A DNA stretch of 58,855 nt from an uncultured Enterobacteriaceae bacterium (lineage in GTDB: Bacteria > Pseudomonadota > Gammaproteobacteria > Burkholderiales > SG8-39). Below are positions 9,847 to 19,580 of the stretch, piece after piece. Location of the stretch: NCBI GenBank assembly GCA_964477695.1, contig CAYZFN010000224.1, forward strand, positions 1 through 58,855, read 5' to 3'. Position 1 is the stretch's first letter. The number at the start of each line of letters is the position of its first letter. The notes under the pieces were generated by a model, which did not search any database, had not been told where the DNA came from, and was given only the letters and a program-made list of their open reading frames with translations. The position numbers were made by a program, and so were the translations under genes.

Positions 9847-10605
9847 ATGGTGGGACAAAGAGAAGCGAGACCGGCGCCGGGGGCGCCGCGCATTGCCGTG
9901 CTGGAAGACGACGCGTCGCAAGCCAAGCTGCTCGAGCACTGGATCGTCTCCCAGGGCTACCTGTGCCGCACCTTCGCACGCGGGCAGGACATCCTGCAGG
10001 CGCTCCTGCACGACACCTACGACCTGGCCGTGCTCGACTGGCGGGTGCCCGACCTGAGCGGCGAAGAGGTGCTGCGCACCCTGCGCAAGTCGCTGCGCCA
10101 GCCGCTTCCGGTGCTCTTCACCACGGCGCGCGACCGCGAGGAAGACATCGTCCACGCCCTTAAGAGCGGCGCCGACGACTACCTCGTCAAGCCGCTGCGC
10201 CGGATGGAGTTCCTCGCCCGCCTGGAGGCGCTGCTTCGGCGCTTCCACGGCCCGGCGCGCGAGCCGAACCAGCCGATCGAGGCGGAGCCCTTCCGCATCG
10301 ATCCGCAGGGCCGCACCGTGCACAAGGGCGGCGTCATGGTCGAGCTCACCCAGAAGGAGTTCGAGATGGCGGTGCTGCTGTTCCGCAACGTCGGACGGCT
10401 GCTCTCGCGCTCCTACCTGCTCGACACGGTCTGGGGCATCAGCGCCGAGGTCAGCACGCGTACCGTCGACACGCACGCGAGCCAGCTGCGCAGCAAGCTC
10501 GGGCTCTATCCCGACCAGGGCTGGCGCCTGAGCGCCGTGTACCAGCATGGCTATCGGCTGGAGCGGATCGCGGCGCAGCCCGAGGCCAAGGGCAAAGCCT
10601 CCTAA
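9847..10605 (+). CDS. OmpR/PhoB-family DNA-binding response regulator
   Basis: REC (LEDD, VLDWRVPD, VKP) followed by winged helix (LTQKEFEMA, RTVDTHASQLRSKL). Confidence 0.92.
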   Translation: MVGQREARPAPGAPRIAVLEDDASQAKLLEHWIVSQGYLCRTFARGQDILQALLHDTYDLAVLDWRVPDLSGEEVLRTLRKSLRQPLPVLFTTARDREEDIVHALKSGADDYLVKPLRRMEFLARLEALLRRFHGPAREPNQPIEAEPFRIDPQGRTVHKGGVMVELTQKEFEMAVLLFRNVGRLLSRSYLLDTVWGISAEVSTRTVDTHASQLRSKLGLYPDQGWRLSAVYQHGYRLERIAAQPEAKGKAS

Positions 10606-10610
10606 GCGGC

Positions 10611-11651
10611 TCATTTCGCCTCCGGCATGCAAAGCTCGACCAGCCGGCGGGCAATCGCCTGCGGCGGCATCACGTCGTGCACCGCATTGAGCGCGATCGC
10701 ACGCTTCGGCATCCCGAACACGACGCAGCTCGCCTCGTCCTGCGCGATGTTGTGCGCGCCCTTGCCGCGCAGCTCGACCATGGCTTCGGCGCCGTCGCCG
10801 CCCATGCCCGACATCAGCACCGCGATGCAGTGCCGTCCGGCCGCCTCGGAAGCCGAGCGGAACAGCGTATCGATCGAGGGCCGGTGGCGGTTCACCGGCG
10901 GATCCTGCGACAGGCGCGTCTCCAGCCGTCCGGAACGCGAGGCGACCGTCATGTGGAGCCCGCCGGGCGCGATGTAGGCCTGGCTCGGCTGCAGCGCGTC
11001 GCCATGCACGCCTTCCTTGACGCCGATGGCGCACAGGCTGTTCAGCCGCTGCGCGAAGCTGCGGGTGAAGCCCGCGGGCATGTGCTGCACGATCAGGATC
11101 GGCGGCATGCCGCGTGGCAGCGGCACGAGCAGCTCGCGCAACGCTTCCACGCCGCCGGTCGATGCGCCGACGACGATGAACTTGCTGGCGATCGCGCGTC
11201 CGGCGGCGAGCCGCGGCACGGCGGCGCCCGACGGGCGCGCGGGCTTCGGCGCAAGGCGCGCCCCGGCCGCCGCGCGCAGCTTCTCGGCCACCTCTTCGGC
11301 GTACGCGTTGATTTCCTGCTCGCTGGTCAGCACCGGCTTGGTCACGAAGTCGACCGCGCCGAGCTCGAGCGCGCGCAGCGTAACGTCCGCGCCATGGGCC
11401 GTGAGCGAGGACACCATGACCACCGGGACCGGCCGCGACGCCATGAGGCGCGGCAGGAACTCCAGGCCGTTCATGCGCGGCATCTCGACGTCGAGCGTGA
11501 TCACGTCGGGGCTCACACGGCGCAGGTGCTCCATCGCCACGACCGGGTCGCTCGCCACCGCGGCGACCGTCATGTCGGGCTGCGCGTTGATGATGCGGCT
11601 CATGATGCCGCGCATCACCGCCGAGTCGTCGATCACGAGCACGCGGATCAT
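10611..11651 (-). CDS. cheB: Chemotaxis methylesterase/response regulator CheB
   Basis: REC, then GASTGG, IVQHMPAGFT, HRPSID, SGMGGDGA. Start ATG 11651 (MIRVLVIDDS). Confidence 0.95.
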   Translation of the reverse strand: MIRVLVIDDSAVMRGIMSRIINAQPDMTVAAVASDPVVAMEHLRRVSPDVITLDVEMPRMNGLEFLPRLMASRPVPVVMVSSLTAHGADVTLRALELGAVDFVTKPVLTSEQEINAYAEEVAEKLRAAAGARLAPKPARPSGAAVPRLAAGRAIASKFIVVGASTGGVEALRELLVPLPRGMPPILIVQHMPAGFTRSFAQRLNSLCAIGVKEGVHGDALQPSQAYIAPGGLHMTVASRSGRLETRLSQDPPVNRHRPSIDTLFRSASEAAGRHCIAVLMSGMGGDGAEAMVELRGKGAHNIAQDEASCVVFGMPKRAIALNAVHDVMPPQAIARRLVELCMPEAK

Positions 11652-12223
11652 TTGCGCTTCCTGAAGATCTCGATCTCGCCCGCCCCGCCGCGCTGCAGCT
11701 TGGCGAGGTAGTCGCGCTCCTCGCGGCGCAGGCCGTCGTCGCGCAGCGCCTGCAGGCGCTTGACCAGCGCACGCCCGCTCTGCGGGAAGAACGCCACCTT
11801 GCGCGGGTAGAGATCTTCCAGGTCCTGCGCCGCCACCGGAATGCGCTCCTCGGCGAGAAATTCGAGCACGAACGCGGCGTTGCGGCTGCCGATGTTCAGG
11901 GTCTCCATGCCCTCGAGCACGTTGGCGCCGCCGAACACCTTGGCCACCAGGCTGCCGCGCTCCGCGCCGCACTTGAGCATGCGGTTGATCAGGACCTCCA
12001 TGGCATAGATGCCAAGCCGCGCCGAATCGCCCGCGCCGGGCAGCATGAAGTGATTCATGCCGCCGATGCGCCGGCGGGTGTCCCACAGGCAGGCGGAGAC
12101 GCACGAGCCGAGCACCGTCACCATCGCGAGGTCGCTCGGCGTCGCGAAGAATTCCCCCGGCGGCACCTTGACGACGTCGCGCTGGAGGGTCTTGTCGAAG
12201 TAGCGGCTGACGGGCTCTTCCAT
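11648..12223 (-). CDS. cheD: Chemoreceptor glutamine deamidase CheD
   Basis: TVLGSCVSACLWD, GGMNHFMLP, AKVFGGA, YPRKVAF. Confidence 0.95.
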   Translation of the reverse strand: MEEPVSRYFDKTLQRDVVKVPPGEFFATPSDLAMVTVLGSCVSACLWDTRRRIGGMNHFMLPGAGDSARLGIYAMEVLINRMLKCGAERGSLVAKVFGGANVLEGMETLNIGSRNAAFVLEFLAEERIPVAAQDLEDLYPRKVAFFPQSGRALVKRLQALRDDGLRREERDYLAKLQRGGAGEIEIFRKRK

Positions 12224-12227
12224 CGCG

Positions 12228-13055
12228 CTAGCGCCTCGTGTAGGCCGTCTTGCCGTGCGGACGAAAAGCGGGATGACCGGCCGCGCAGCTCTCGGAGTGG
12301 CCGAGAAAGAGCAGCGCCCCGGGCACCAGCACGTCGGCCAGCCGCTCGAGCAGCCGCTGCTGCGACGCGCGGTCGAAGTAGATCAGCACGTTGCGGCAGA
12401 AGACGGCGTCGAAGCGCTCGCCGCCCGCCCAGTGCGGCGCGAGCAGGTTGCGGAACTCGAAGCTCACCATGGCGCGCACCTCGGGGCGCAGCAGTGCGAG
12501 GCCGTCGTTGCGCCCGGTGCCCTTCAGGAAATGCGGCTGCATGCGCTTGAAGCCGGCGCGCTCGAGCAGATCCGTCTTGTACACGCCCCGCTGCGCGGTG
12601 GCGAGCGCTTCGGTGTCCACGTCGCTCGCGAGGATGCGCGCCGTGCAACCCGCCTCGCGCAGCGTGATCGCGGCCGAGTACGGTTCCTCGCCGGTCGAGC
12701 AGGCGCTGCTCCAGACGCGCAGCGGCGCGCGCCCCCGTGCGTGCTCGAGCAGCATCTCGAAATGATGCGGCTCGCGGAAAAACGCCGTCAGGTTGGTGGT
12801 GAGGGCGTTGATGAAGCGCTCGCGCTCCTCGGAATCGGGCTGCTCCACCCAGTCGAGGTAGTCGCGAAAGCTGCGCCGCCCGGTAGCGCGCAGCCGCCGG
12901 GAGAGCCGGTTGTAGACCATGTTCTCCTTGCGCTCGTGCAGCGAGATCCCGGCGTAGGCCAGGATCAGCTCGCGCACCCGCCGGAAGTCCTGGTGCGTGA
13001 AGGAGAAATCGTGTTCCAAGGCTTGCATGGCGGGGGCGCTCGGCGTCCGGGGCAC
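12228..13055 (-). CDS. cheR: Chemotaxis methyltransferase CheR
   Basis: LTTNLTAFFREPHHF, WSSACSTGEEPYS, FCRNVLIYFD, LFLGHSES. Start may be the Met of MQALEHDF. Confidence 0.95.
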   Translation of the reverse strand: MPRTPSAPAMQALEHDFSFTHQDFRRVRELILAYAGISLHERKENMVYNRLSRRLRATGRRSFRDYLDWVEQPDSEERERFINALTTNLTAFFREPHHFEMLLEHARGRAPLRVWSSACSTGEEPYSAAITLREAGCTARILASDVDTEALATAQRGVYKTDLLERAGFKRMQPHFLKGTGRNDGLALLRPEVRAMVSFEFRNLLAPHWAGGERFDAVFCRNVLIYFDRASQQRLLERLADVLVPGALLFLGHSESCAAGHPAFRPHGKTAYTRR

Positions 13056-13067
13056 GGACGCCGTCGC

Positions 13068-14816
13068 CTAGAACTCCTGCCAGCCTTCTTCGGCGTGGCC
13101 GTTGCCCTTGCGTTTGCCTGCCTTGGGCGAGTGGCTGTACGTCTCCACCTTCTTCGGGCTCGCAGCGAGAGTCTTCTCCGGCGCGGGCTTCCTGGGCGCC
13201 GCCGGCGCTTCCGCCGGATGAGCTTCGATCTTCCTCGGCTGCGCCAGGGGCTTCGGCGCGGGTGCGCTGTGCGCGGGCTCCTGGCCGAGCCGGAACGCCG
13301 CCACCGCGCTCGAGAGCGTGCGCGACTGCTCTTCCAGGCTGCCGGCGGCCGCGCTCGCCTCCTCCACCATCGCCGCGTTCTGCTGCGTCACCTTCTCGAG
13401 CTGCGTCATGGTCTCGCTCACCTGCTCGATCCCCTGCGCCTGCTCCGTGCTCGCCGCCGTGATCTCGGCAATGAGGCTGGTCACCTTCTTCACCGACTCC
13501 ACCACCTCCTGCATCGTGCGCCCGGCGTCGTTCACCTGGCGCGAGCCGGCGTCCACCTTCGATACCGAGTCGGTGATCAATTCCTTGATCTCCTTGGCCG
13601 CCCCGGCCGAGCGCTGCGCTAGGCTGCGCACCTCGGAGGCCACCACGGCGAAGCCGCGCCCCTGCTCGCCCGCGCGCGCCGCCTCCACCGCGGCGTTGAG
13701 CGCCAGGATGTTGGTCTGGAAGGCGATGCCGTCGATCACGCCGATGATGTCCGAGATCTTCTTCGACGCTTCGGTGATCGCGTTCATCGTGCCCACCGCC
13801 TCGCGCACCACCTCGCCGCCCTTCGCGGCGACGCTCGAGGCCTGCGCGGCGAGCTCGTTCGCCTTTTTCGCGTTCTGCGCGTTCTGTCCGACCGTGGCGG
13901 TCATCTGCTGCATCGACGCCGAGGTCTCCTCGAGCGCGCTCGCCTGCTGCTCGGTGCGCGTCGAGAGGTCCGAGTTGCCCTGCGCGATCTCGCGCGAAGC
14001 GTTGGCGACCATGTCGGTGCCGTTGCGCACGCCGGACACGATGCGCTTCAGGCTGTCGTTCATGTCCTTCAGCGCGCGCGACAGCTCCGCCGTCTCGTCG
14101 GCACCCTGGACGCGCACCTCGGAGGTCAGGTCGCCGCCCGCGATGCGCCGCGCCACGACGATCGCGCGCTGCAGGGGCTGCACGATGCGCCGGCTCATGA
14201 AGAGCGAGATGCTGATCGAGATCAGCAGCGCGGCCGCGACCAGGATGACCAGTGCGACCGTCACCTTGGCGAACGCGGCCCGCGCATCGTCGTAATCCTC
14301 CTGCGCGCCGCGCGTCTCGAGCGCGACCAGCTCGTCGAACTGCTTGGCCATGTCCTGGAAGTCGGCATCCGCGGTCTGCATGGCGGCCGCGCCGGTGTTG
14401 ACGTCGCCGGCGCTGAGATCGATCGCCAGGTCGACGTCCTTGCGGTATTTCGCGAGCTTCGCTCCGACGGCGGCCGCGGCCCGGCGCTCCTCCGGCGAGC
14501 GCTCCGACCGCGCCGCGAAGGCGGCGACGTCCCGGGACACGGCGTCGACCTTCGAGAGCAGCCCGCTGGCGGTCTGCTTGATGCGGTCATCGCTTAGGCT
14601 GCCGATCACGCTGAACAGGCGGTACACGCCGGAGTGCACCTCGCCGATGTCGTGCACCGAGCGCGCGGCGAGCTGATAGCTCGTGAAGCGCTGCTCGAAG
14701 AGCTCCGACAGCGTGTGCTGCTGACCGATCAGCACGCTGTAGACCGTGATCCCGAGCGCGAGCAGGAATGCGATCGCTACGCCCGGGGCGATGAGTATCT
14801 TGTGCCAGACCTTCAT
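13068..14816 (-). CDS. Methyl-accepting chemotaxis protein with C-terminal CheR/CheB-tethering pentapeptide
   Basis: Two transmembrane segments, helical periplasmic domain, HAMP, IAFQTNILALNAAVEAARAGEQGRGFAVVA, C-terminal GWQEF. Confidence 0.95.
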   Translation of the reverse strand: MKVWHKILIAPGVAIAFLLALGITVYSVLIGQQHTLSELFEQRFTSYQLAARSVHDIGEVHSGVYRLFSVIGSLSDDRIKQTASGLLSKVDAVSRDVAAFAARSERSPEERRAAAAVGAKLAKYRKDVDLAIDLSAGDVNTGAAAMQTADADFQDMAKQFDELVALETRGAQEDYDDARAAFAKVTVALVILVAAALLISISISLFMSRRIVQPLQRAIVVARRIAGGDLTSEVRVQGADETAELSRALKDMNDSLKRIVSGVRNGTDMVANASREIAQGNSDLSTRTEQQASALEETSASMQQMTATVGQNAQNAKKANELAAQASSVAAKGGEVVREAVGTMNAITEASKKISDIIGVIDGIAFQTNILALNAAVEAARAGEQGRGFAVVASEVRSLAQRSAGAAKEIKELITDSVSKVDAGSRQVNDAGRTMQEVVESVKKVTSLIAEITAASTEQAQGIEQVSETMTQLEKVTQQNAAMVEEASAAAGSLEEQSRTLSSAVAAFRLGQEPAHSAPAPKPLAQPRKIEAHPAEAPAAPRKPAPEKTLAASPKKVETYSHSPKAGKRKGNGHAEEGWQEF

Positions 14817-14852
14817 GAGCTCCTCCTTTGGCCTTGACGGAGTGCGCGCACC

Positions 14853-15335
14853 TTAATCCTTGTACACGCCGCCGCAGACGACCGTCTCTTCCAGGCGCTC
14901 GCAGTACATCTGCTTGGCCTCGATCTTCTTGGTGAGCGGATCGGTGAACTTGTAGTCCTGCCAGAAGCTCGGCTTGGACTTGCCCAGCTCGACGCGCTCG
15001 CGCACGAACTCCTTGCCGTCGATGTCCTTCAGGTCGATCACCACCTTGCCGACCATGCGCTCGTTCTGGCCGTGCGCCCAGACCTTGCCGTCGAGGCCGT
15101 ACACCACGAGGTAGAGGTCGCGGTCGTGGAACTTGCCGCCCTTGGCGGTGAAATCGGCGTACGCCTTCTCTTTGCCGCTGGCCTTGATGTACTGCACGCC
15201 CTTCTTGACCATCGCGACCGCTTCCTCCTTGGTCGCCCTGCGCTCCACCGGCGCGGCGAGCGCGCTGGCGCAGGTGAGCGCCGCGGCCGTGCCGAGCGCG
15301 ATGAGGGTGAGCTGCTTGCGGGTTGCGTTTTTCAT
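14853..15335 (-). CDS. Secreted stand-alone single Cache (sCache_2-like) domain protein
   Basis: Signal peptide MKNATRKQLTLIALGTAAALTCASALA; LYLVVYGLDG, AHG, DLKDIDGKEFVRE, WQDYKF. Confidence 0.82.
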   Translation of the reverse strand: MKNATRKQLTLIALGTAAALTCASALAAPVERRATKEEAVAMVKKGVQYIKASGKEKAYADFTAKGGKFHDRDLYLVVYGLDGKVWAHGQNERMVGKVVIDLKDIDGKEFVRERVELGKSKPSFWQDYKFTDPLTKKIEAKQMYCERLEETVVCGGVYKD

Positions 15336-15367
15336 GGCACTTCCTCCCTTCGGTTGATGGGGGTTAT

Positions 15368-15775
15368 TCATTTCGGCAGACGGTCGTAGCGCGCGTCGGC
15401 AACGCGTACCAGCGCCGCGAGCTGCTGCACGCGGGCGCGGTCCTTTTGGCCCTCGGCCAGCGCTCCCGCGCTGCGCGTGAGCTCGTCGATGCGCCGGCGC
15501 GCTTCGTCGCGGCGCACCCGGTAGTAGGTACTCTTCTGCGCGCCCGGCGCGGCGAGCATGTTCTTCTCCAGCTCGCGCAGGAACTGCACGCGGCCCTGGA
15601 CGCCGGCCGCGGCGCGGACGAACTCGTTGCGCCGCGCTTCGGCGGCCTCGCGCGGCAGCGTCGCGGCCTGCGCGACCAGCATCGCGCTCGTGCCCATGAC
15701 CAGCAGCAGGAGGGCCCAGGCGAGGCTCGGCGCGCTGGCGGCGAAGTCGTGCGCCGCGGGGCCGGCGTGCCTCAT
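15368..15775 (-). CDS. Hypothetical membrane-anchored helical protein
   Basis: ATGA overlap with cheW stop; N-terminal hydrophobic stretch followed by amphipathic helices. Confidence 0.6.
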   Translation of the reverse strand: MRHAGPAAHDFAASAPSLAWALLLLVMGTSAMLVAQAATLPREAAEARRNEFVRAAAGVQGRVQFLRELEKNMLAAPGAQKSTYYRVRRDEARRRIDELTRSAGALAEGQKDRARVQQLAALVRVADARYDRLPK

Positions 15776-16293
15776 GAGCGGGCCTCCGCGCGGGCGTGGT
15801 CGACGAGCTGCATGTCCTCGCTCGTCATCAGCCGCTCGATGTCGACCAGGATCAGCATGCGCTCGGCAACGGTGCCGAGGCCGGTGATGAAGCGCATGTC
15901 GAGTGCGCCGCCGAACTCGGGCGCCGGGCGGATCTGCTCGGCGCCGAGCGTGATCACGTCCGACACCGCGTCGACCACGATGCCGAGCACGCGCCGCGCG
16001 ACGCTGAGAATGATGACCACCGTGAACGCGTCGTACTTGGGCTCGGCGAGACCGAACTTCACGCGCAGATCGACGATCGGCACGATCGTGCCGCGCAGGT
16101 TGATCACGCCCTTGATGAAGGCCGGCGTGTTGGCGATCCCGGTCGGCGTCTCCCAGCCGCGGATCTCCTGCGCATTGAGGATGTCGATGCCGTACTCCTC
16201 GGCGCCGAGCCGGAAGGTGAGGAACTCGCGGCCCACGGCGTCGCCGCCGCTCGCCGCGGACTGCGGCGCCGGCCTGATCAGTGCAGCTTCCAC
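15772..16293 (-). CDS. cheW: Chemotaxis coupling protein CheW
   Basis: [42 protein letters not shown]. Confidence 0.95.
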   Translation of the reverse strand: MEAALIRPAPQSAASGGDAVGREFLTFRLGAEEYGIDILNAQEIRGWETPTGIANTPAFIKGVINLRGTIVPIVDLRVKFGLAEPKYDAFTVVIILSVARRVLGIVVDAVSDVITLGAEQIRPAPEFGGALDMRFITGLGTVAERMLILVDIERLMTSEDMQLVDHARAEARS

Positions 16294-18290
16294 TGTGCTC
16301 TCCCTGAGGGTTGACCGATGATGTGGGCGAGGTCGAGGATCAGCGCGACCTTGCCGTCGCCCATGATCGTCGCCCCGCTGATGCCGGGCACCTTGCGGAA
16401 ATTGGCCTCCAGGCTCTTCACGACCACCTGCTGCTGGCCGATCAGCTCGTCGACCAGCAGCGCGGCGCGCGCGCCGTCGGCTTCGACGATCACGGCGATC
16501 TCGTCGCTGCGCCCGAGGCGGCGCACCGGGACATATTCGTCGCGCACGCGCAGCGTGTGGCCCTGGCCGGCCACGCTGCGGATCTCGTCGGCCTGCACGC
16601 TGCGCGACTCGACGACCGAGGCGAGCGGCAGCACGTAGGTCTCGCCCGCGGCGCCGACGGTCATCGCTTCGATGATGGCCAGCGTCAGCGGCACGCTCAC
16701 GGTGACCGCCATGCCCTTGCCGGCGGTCGAGGCGAGCTCGACGTTGCCGCTGAGCAGCTGGATGTTGCGCCGGACGACGTCCATGCCGACGCCGCGCCCG
16801 GAGACGTCGGTGACGGTTTCCGCGGTGGAGAAGCCGGGCTCGAAGATGATGCGCCAGACGTCCTGGTCGGCTGCGTCGGCGGCGATGGTCATGGCGCGCT
16901 CGGCGGCGCGCCTGAGGATGCGTTCGCGGTCGAGGCCGCGGCCGTCGTCGCGCACTTCGATGATGATGCGGCCGCCGCGCTGCATCGCCGACAGCCAGAT
17001 CGTGCCGCAGCGCGGCTTGCCCGCGGCCTCGCGCACCTGCGGCGTCTCGATGCCGTGGTCGATGGCGTTGCGTACCAGGTGCGTGAGCGGATCGGTGATG
17101 CGCTCGATCAGGCCGCGGTCGAGCTCGGTCGCCTCGCCCGCGACCTTGATCTCGACCTCCTTGCCCAGCCGCTGCGAGAGCTCGCGCACCAGGCGCGGGA
17201 AGCGGGAGAACACCGCCGAGATCGGGACCATGCGGATCGCCATCACGGCTTCCTGGAGATTGCGCGTATGCCGTGCGAGCTCGCCCAGGCCGCTTAATCC
17301 CGCGCCATCGCCATCGGCGCGGGCGGCCTGCTGCGACAGCATGGCCTCGGTGATCACCAGCTCGCCGACCAGGTTGACCAGGCGATCGATCTTTTCGACG
17401 CTGACGCGGATCGAGCCGGCCTCGCTTTGCTGGGCGGCCGTGCGGTCCGACTCGCGCCGTCCGTGCGTGGTCGTGGCGAGCGCATCGCTCGAGCGCCGGC
17501 CGCGCCCTTTGCGGCGCTCGCGCCAGGCCTCGGGAGAGGTGAAGATATCCACGCCGGCGCCATCCGCCGCGGCCGGCGCGGCTTGCGGCGCTGCCTCTTG
17601 CGCTACGGGAGCGGCCGCGACTTCAGGTTCCTCGGCAGCGCCCGCAGGAGCTATGTGGATCTGCTCGGCCGGCACCACCAGCGAAAGCACGCTGCGCAGG
17701 TCGGCCTCGCAGGCAGCGAGCGACACGCCGAAGCGGATCTCGCCGCCCGCGACGTTGTTGATCTGCGGCGCATCGACCCTGCCCATGCCGGCGAGGCCGC
17801 CGAGCATGGTCTCGAGCGCGGCGGCGTCGATCGGCTCGCCGAGCGGCCCGAGCTTCACCGCGAAGCCGTGCTCGGCGTCGGGGGCCGAGGCGCTGATCAG
17901 CGCGCGCAGCTCGGCCTCGGCGATGCTCATGTCGGGCGGCGAGGCGAGCGCGCCGCGGCGGAAGGCCACCTGCATCTTGACCACGTCGCCCGAGCGCAGC
18001 ATCGCCTCGACGTCGGCGTGGCTCACGGCGCGCTGCTGCTTGCGCAGCAGGTCGAGCAGGTTCTCGAACGCGTGGGTGAGCGACACGATCTCGGTGAAGC
18101 CGAGCATCCCGGCGCTGCCCTTGATCGAGTGCACGGCGCGGAAGATGGCATTCAGCGCCTCGGCATCGGGCGCCTCGGGGTCGAGGCGCAGCAGCATCGT
18201 CTCCACGCAGGCCAGGTGCTCGTCGGCCTCCTCGAAGAAGATGGCGTGGAACGCGCTCGGCTCGAGCCCTTTTGCGCCGGGACCGGTCAT
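16278..18290 (-). CDS. cheA: Chemotaxis histidine kinase CheA
   Basis: P1 [56 protein letters not shown]5 CheW-like domain; no C-terminal REC. Confidence 0.95.
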   Translation of the reverse strand: MTGPGAKGLEPSAFHAIFFEEADEHLACVETMLLRLDPEAPDAEALNAIFRAVHSIKGSAGMLGFTEIVSLTHAFENLLDLLRKQQRAVSHADVEAMLRSGDVVKMQVAFRRGALASPPDMSIAEAELRALISASAPDAEHGFAVKLGPLGEPIDAAALETMLGGLAGMGRVDAPQINNVAGGEIRFGVSLAACEADLRSVLSLVVPAEQIHIAPAGAAEEPEVAAAPVAQEAAPQAAPAAADGAGVDIFTSPEAWRERRKGRGRRSSDALATTTHGRRESDRTAAQQSEAGSIRVSVEKIDRLVNLVGELVITEAMLSQQAARADGDGAGLSGLGELARHTRNLQEAVMAIRMVPISAVFSRFPRLVRELSQRLGKEVEIKVAGEATELDRGLIERITDPLTHLVRNAIDHGIETPQVREAAGKPRCGTIWLSAMQRGGRIIIEVRDDGRGLDRERILRRAAERAMTIAADAADQDVWRIIFEPGFSTAETVTDVSGRGVGMDVVRRNIQLLSGNVELASTAGKGMAVTVSVPLTLAIIEAMTVGAAGETYVLPLASVVESRSVQADEIRSVAGQGHTLRVRDEYVPVRRLGRSDEIAVIVEADGARAALLVDELIGQQQVVVKSLEANFRKVPGISGATIMGDGKVALILDLAHIIGQPSGRAQWKLH

Positions 18291-18652
18291 GACACGAACT
18301 GGCGGACGATCTCGACCATCTTCTGCGGATCGAACGGCTTGGCCATCCAGCCGGTGGCGCCGGCCTCGCGGCCTTTCGCCTTCAGCTCGGCGCCCGTCTC
18401 GGTCGAGAGCACGAGCAGCGCCACGTCGTCGTATTGCGGCAGCTGGCGCAGCGCGCGCACCAGCGTCACGCCGTCCATCTTCGGCATGTTGTGGTCGGTG
18501 ACCACCATGTCGAACACGCGCGCCTTCGCCTTCTCCAGCGCTTCGGCGCCGTCGGCCGCCTCTTCCACCTGGTAGCCGGCCGCCTGCAGGACGCTCGCCA
18601 CCATCTTGCGCATCGAGCGGGTGTCGTCCACTACAAGAATCGCGTTGCTCAT
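18287..18652 (-). CDS. cheY: Chemotaxis response regulator CheY
   Basis: VVDDTRSMR, TDHNMPKMDG, LSTE, GATGWMAKPF. Confidence 0.93.
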   Translation of the reverse strand: MSNAILVVDDTRSMRKMVASVLQAAGYQVEEAADGAEALEKAKARVFDMVVTDHNMPKMDGVTLVRALRQLPQYDDVALLVLSTETGAELKAKGREAGATGWMAKPFDPQKMVEIVRQFVS

Positions 18653-18674
18653 CGACGAAGTCTCCGGTCGGTCG

Positions 18675-19502
18675 TCAGGCCGCGGCCCGCGCGGTGGGAA
18701 GGAACTTGGCGATCACCTCGAGCAAGCGGTTCTCGTCGACCGGCTTGGTGAGGTACTCGTCGCATCCGGCGAGCGAGCCGCGCAGCTTGTCGAACGGCGA
18801 GCTGCGGCTCGTCAGCATGACCACCGCGGTGCGCTTCACCGCCTGCTTGTTGGACTTGATCAGCTTGCACACCTGGTAGCCGTCGATGCCGGGCAGCACC
18901 ACGTCGAGGAACACGCAGGTGTATTCCTTGTTGCCGGTGAGCCCGACCGCCTCCTCGCCGGTTTCCGCGAAGTCGGCGCTGAAGCCGTACGGCGCGAGCT
19001 TCGCCTCCATGAACTTGCGCACGGTCAGGTTGTCGTCGACCACCAGCACGGCGTCGGTGAACTCCTTCACCTTGCCTGCCGGGCGGGGCGCGGCGGCCGG
19101 CCTGGCGGACGGTGCGTTGGTGCTGGTACGGCGCAGGACCCTCTCGGTCTCGATCGCCGGGGCGCCGGCCTGTCCGCCGAGCACGGCGTCGTCGAAGCTT
19201 TGCAGGAGCTTCGCCCACTGCAGCGGCCGCGGCAGCACCGGCAGGCCCAGCTTGGAATCGCCTTCGCCGATCAGGATGGCCGGCGCCGCATAGCGGGCGC
19301 GCACCGCGCGGAACTCGGTCATGGCGGCAGCATCGCTGCCGTCCACGAGGTACAGGTCGGCGGGCCGGGAAGCGCCCGCCTCGCGCTGCACGAAGCTCGG
19401 ATCACGCCGGGCCGCCAGGCCGAAGATGCTGGAGAGCAGCAGCCGTTCGGTCTGGTTGAACCCGATTACGTCGACGCAGTAGCTGTTGTCGTTGTCGGCC
19501 AT
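18675..19502 (-). CDS. Response regulator with degenerate N-terminal receiver-like domain and PilG-like C-terminal REC
   Basis: C-terminal VVDDNLTVR, FLDVVLPGIDGYQVCKLIK, MLTSRSSPFDKLRGSLAGCDEYLTKP. Confidence 0.82.
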   Translation of the reverse strand: MADNDNSYCVDVIGFNQTERLLLSSIFGLAARRDPSFVQREAGASRPADLYLVDGSDAAAMTEFRAVRARYAAPAILIGEGDSKLGLPVLPRPLQWAKLLQSFDDAVLGGQAGAPAIETERVLRRTSTNAPSARPAAAPRPAGKVKEFTDAVLVVDDNLTVRKFMEAKLAPYGFSADFAETGEEAVGLTGNKEYTCVFLDVVLPGIDGYQVCKLIKSNKQAVKRTAVVMLTSRSSPFDKLRGSLAGCDEYLTKPVDENRLLEVIAKFLPTARAAA

Positions 19503-19580
19503 AGGATCGTCCAGGCAACTAGGGTTAAGGCACTGTAGCGGCGGGCATTCGCCGAATTGGCAGGCTATGCAAGAGCTTTG

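Noticed and set aside
19555-19575. Possible sigma-54 promoter TGGCAGGCTATGCA
   Set aside because: GG-to-GC spacing is 8 nt, not the required 10.
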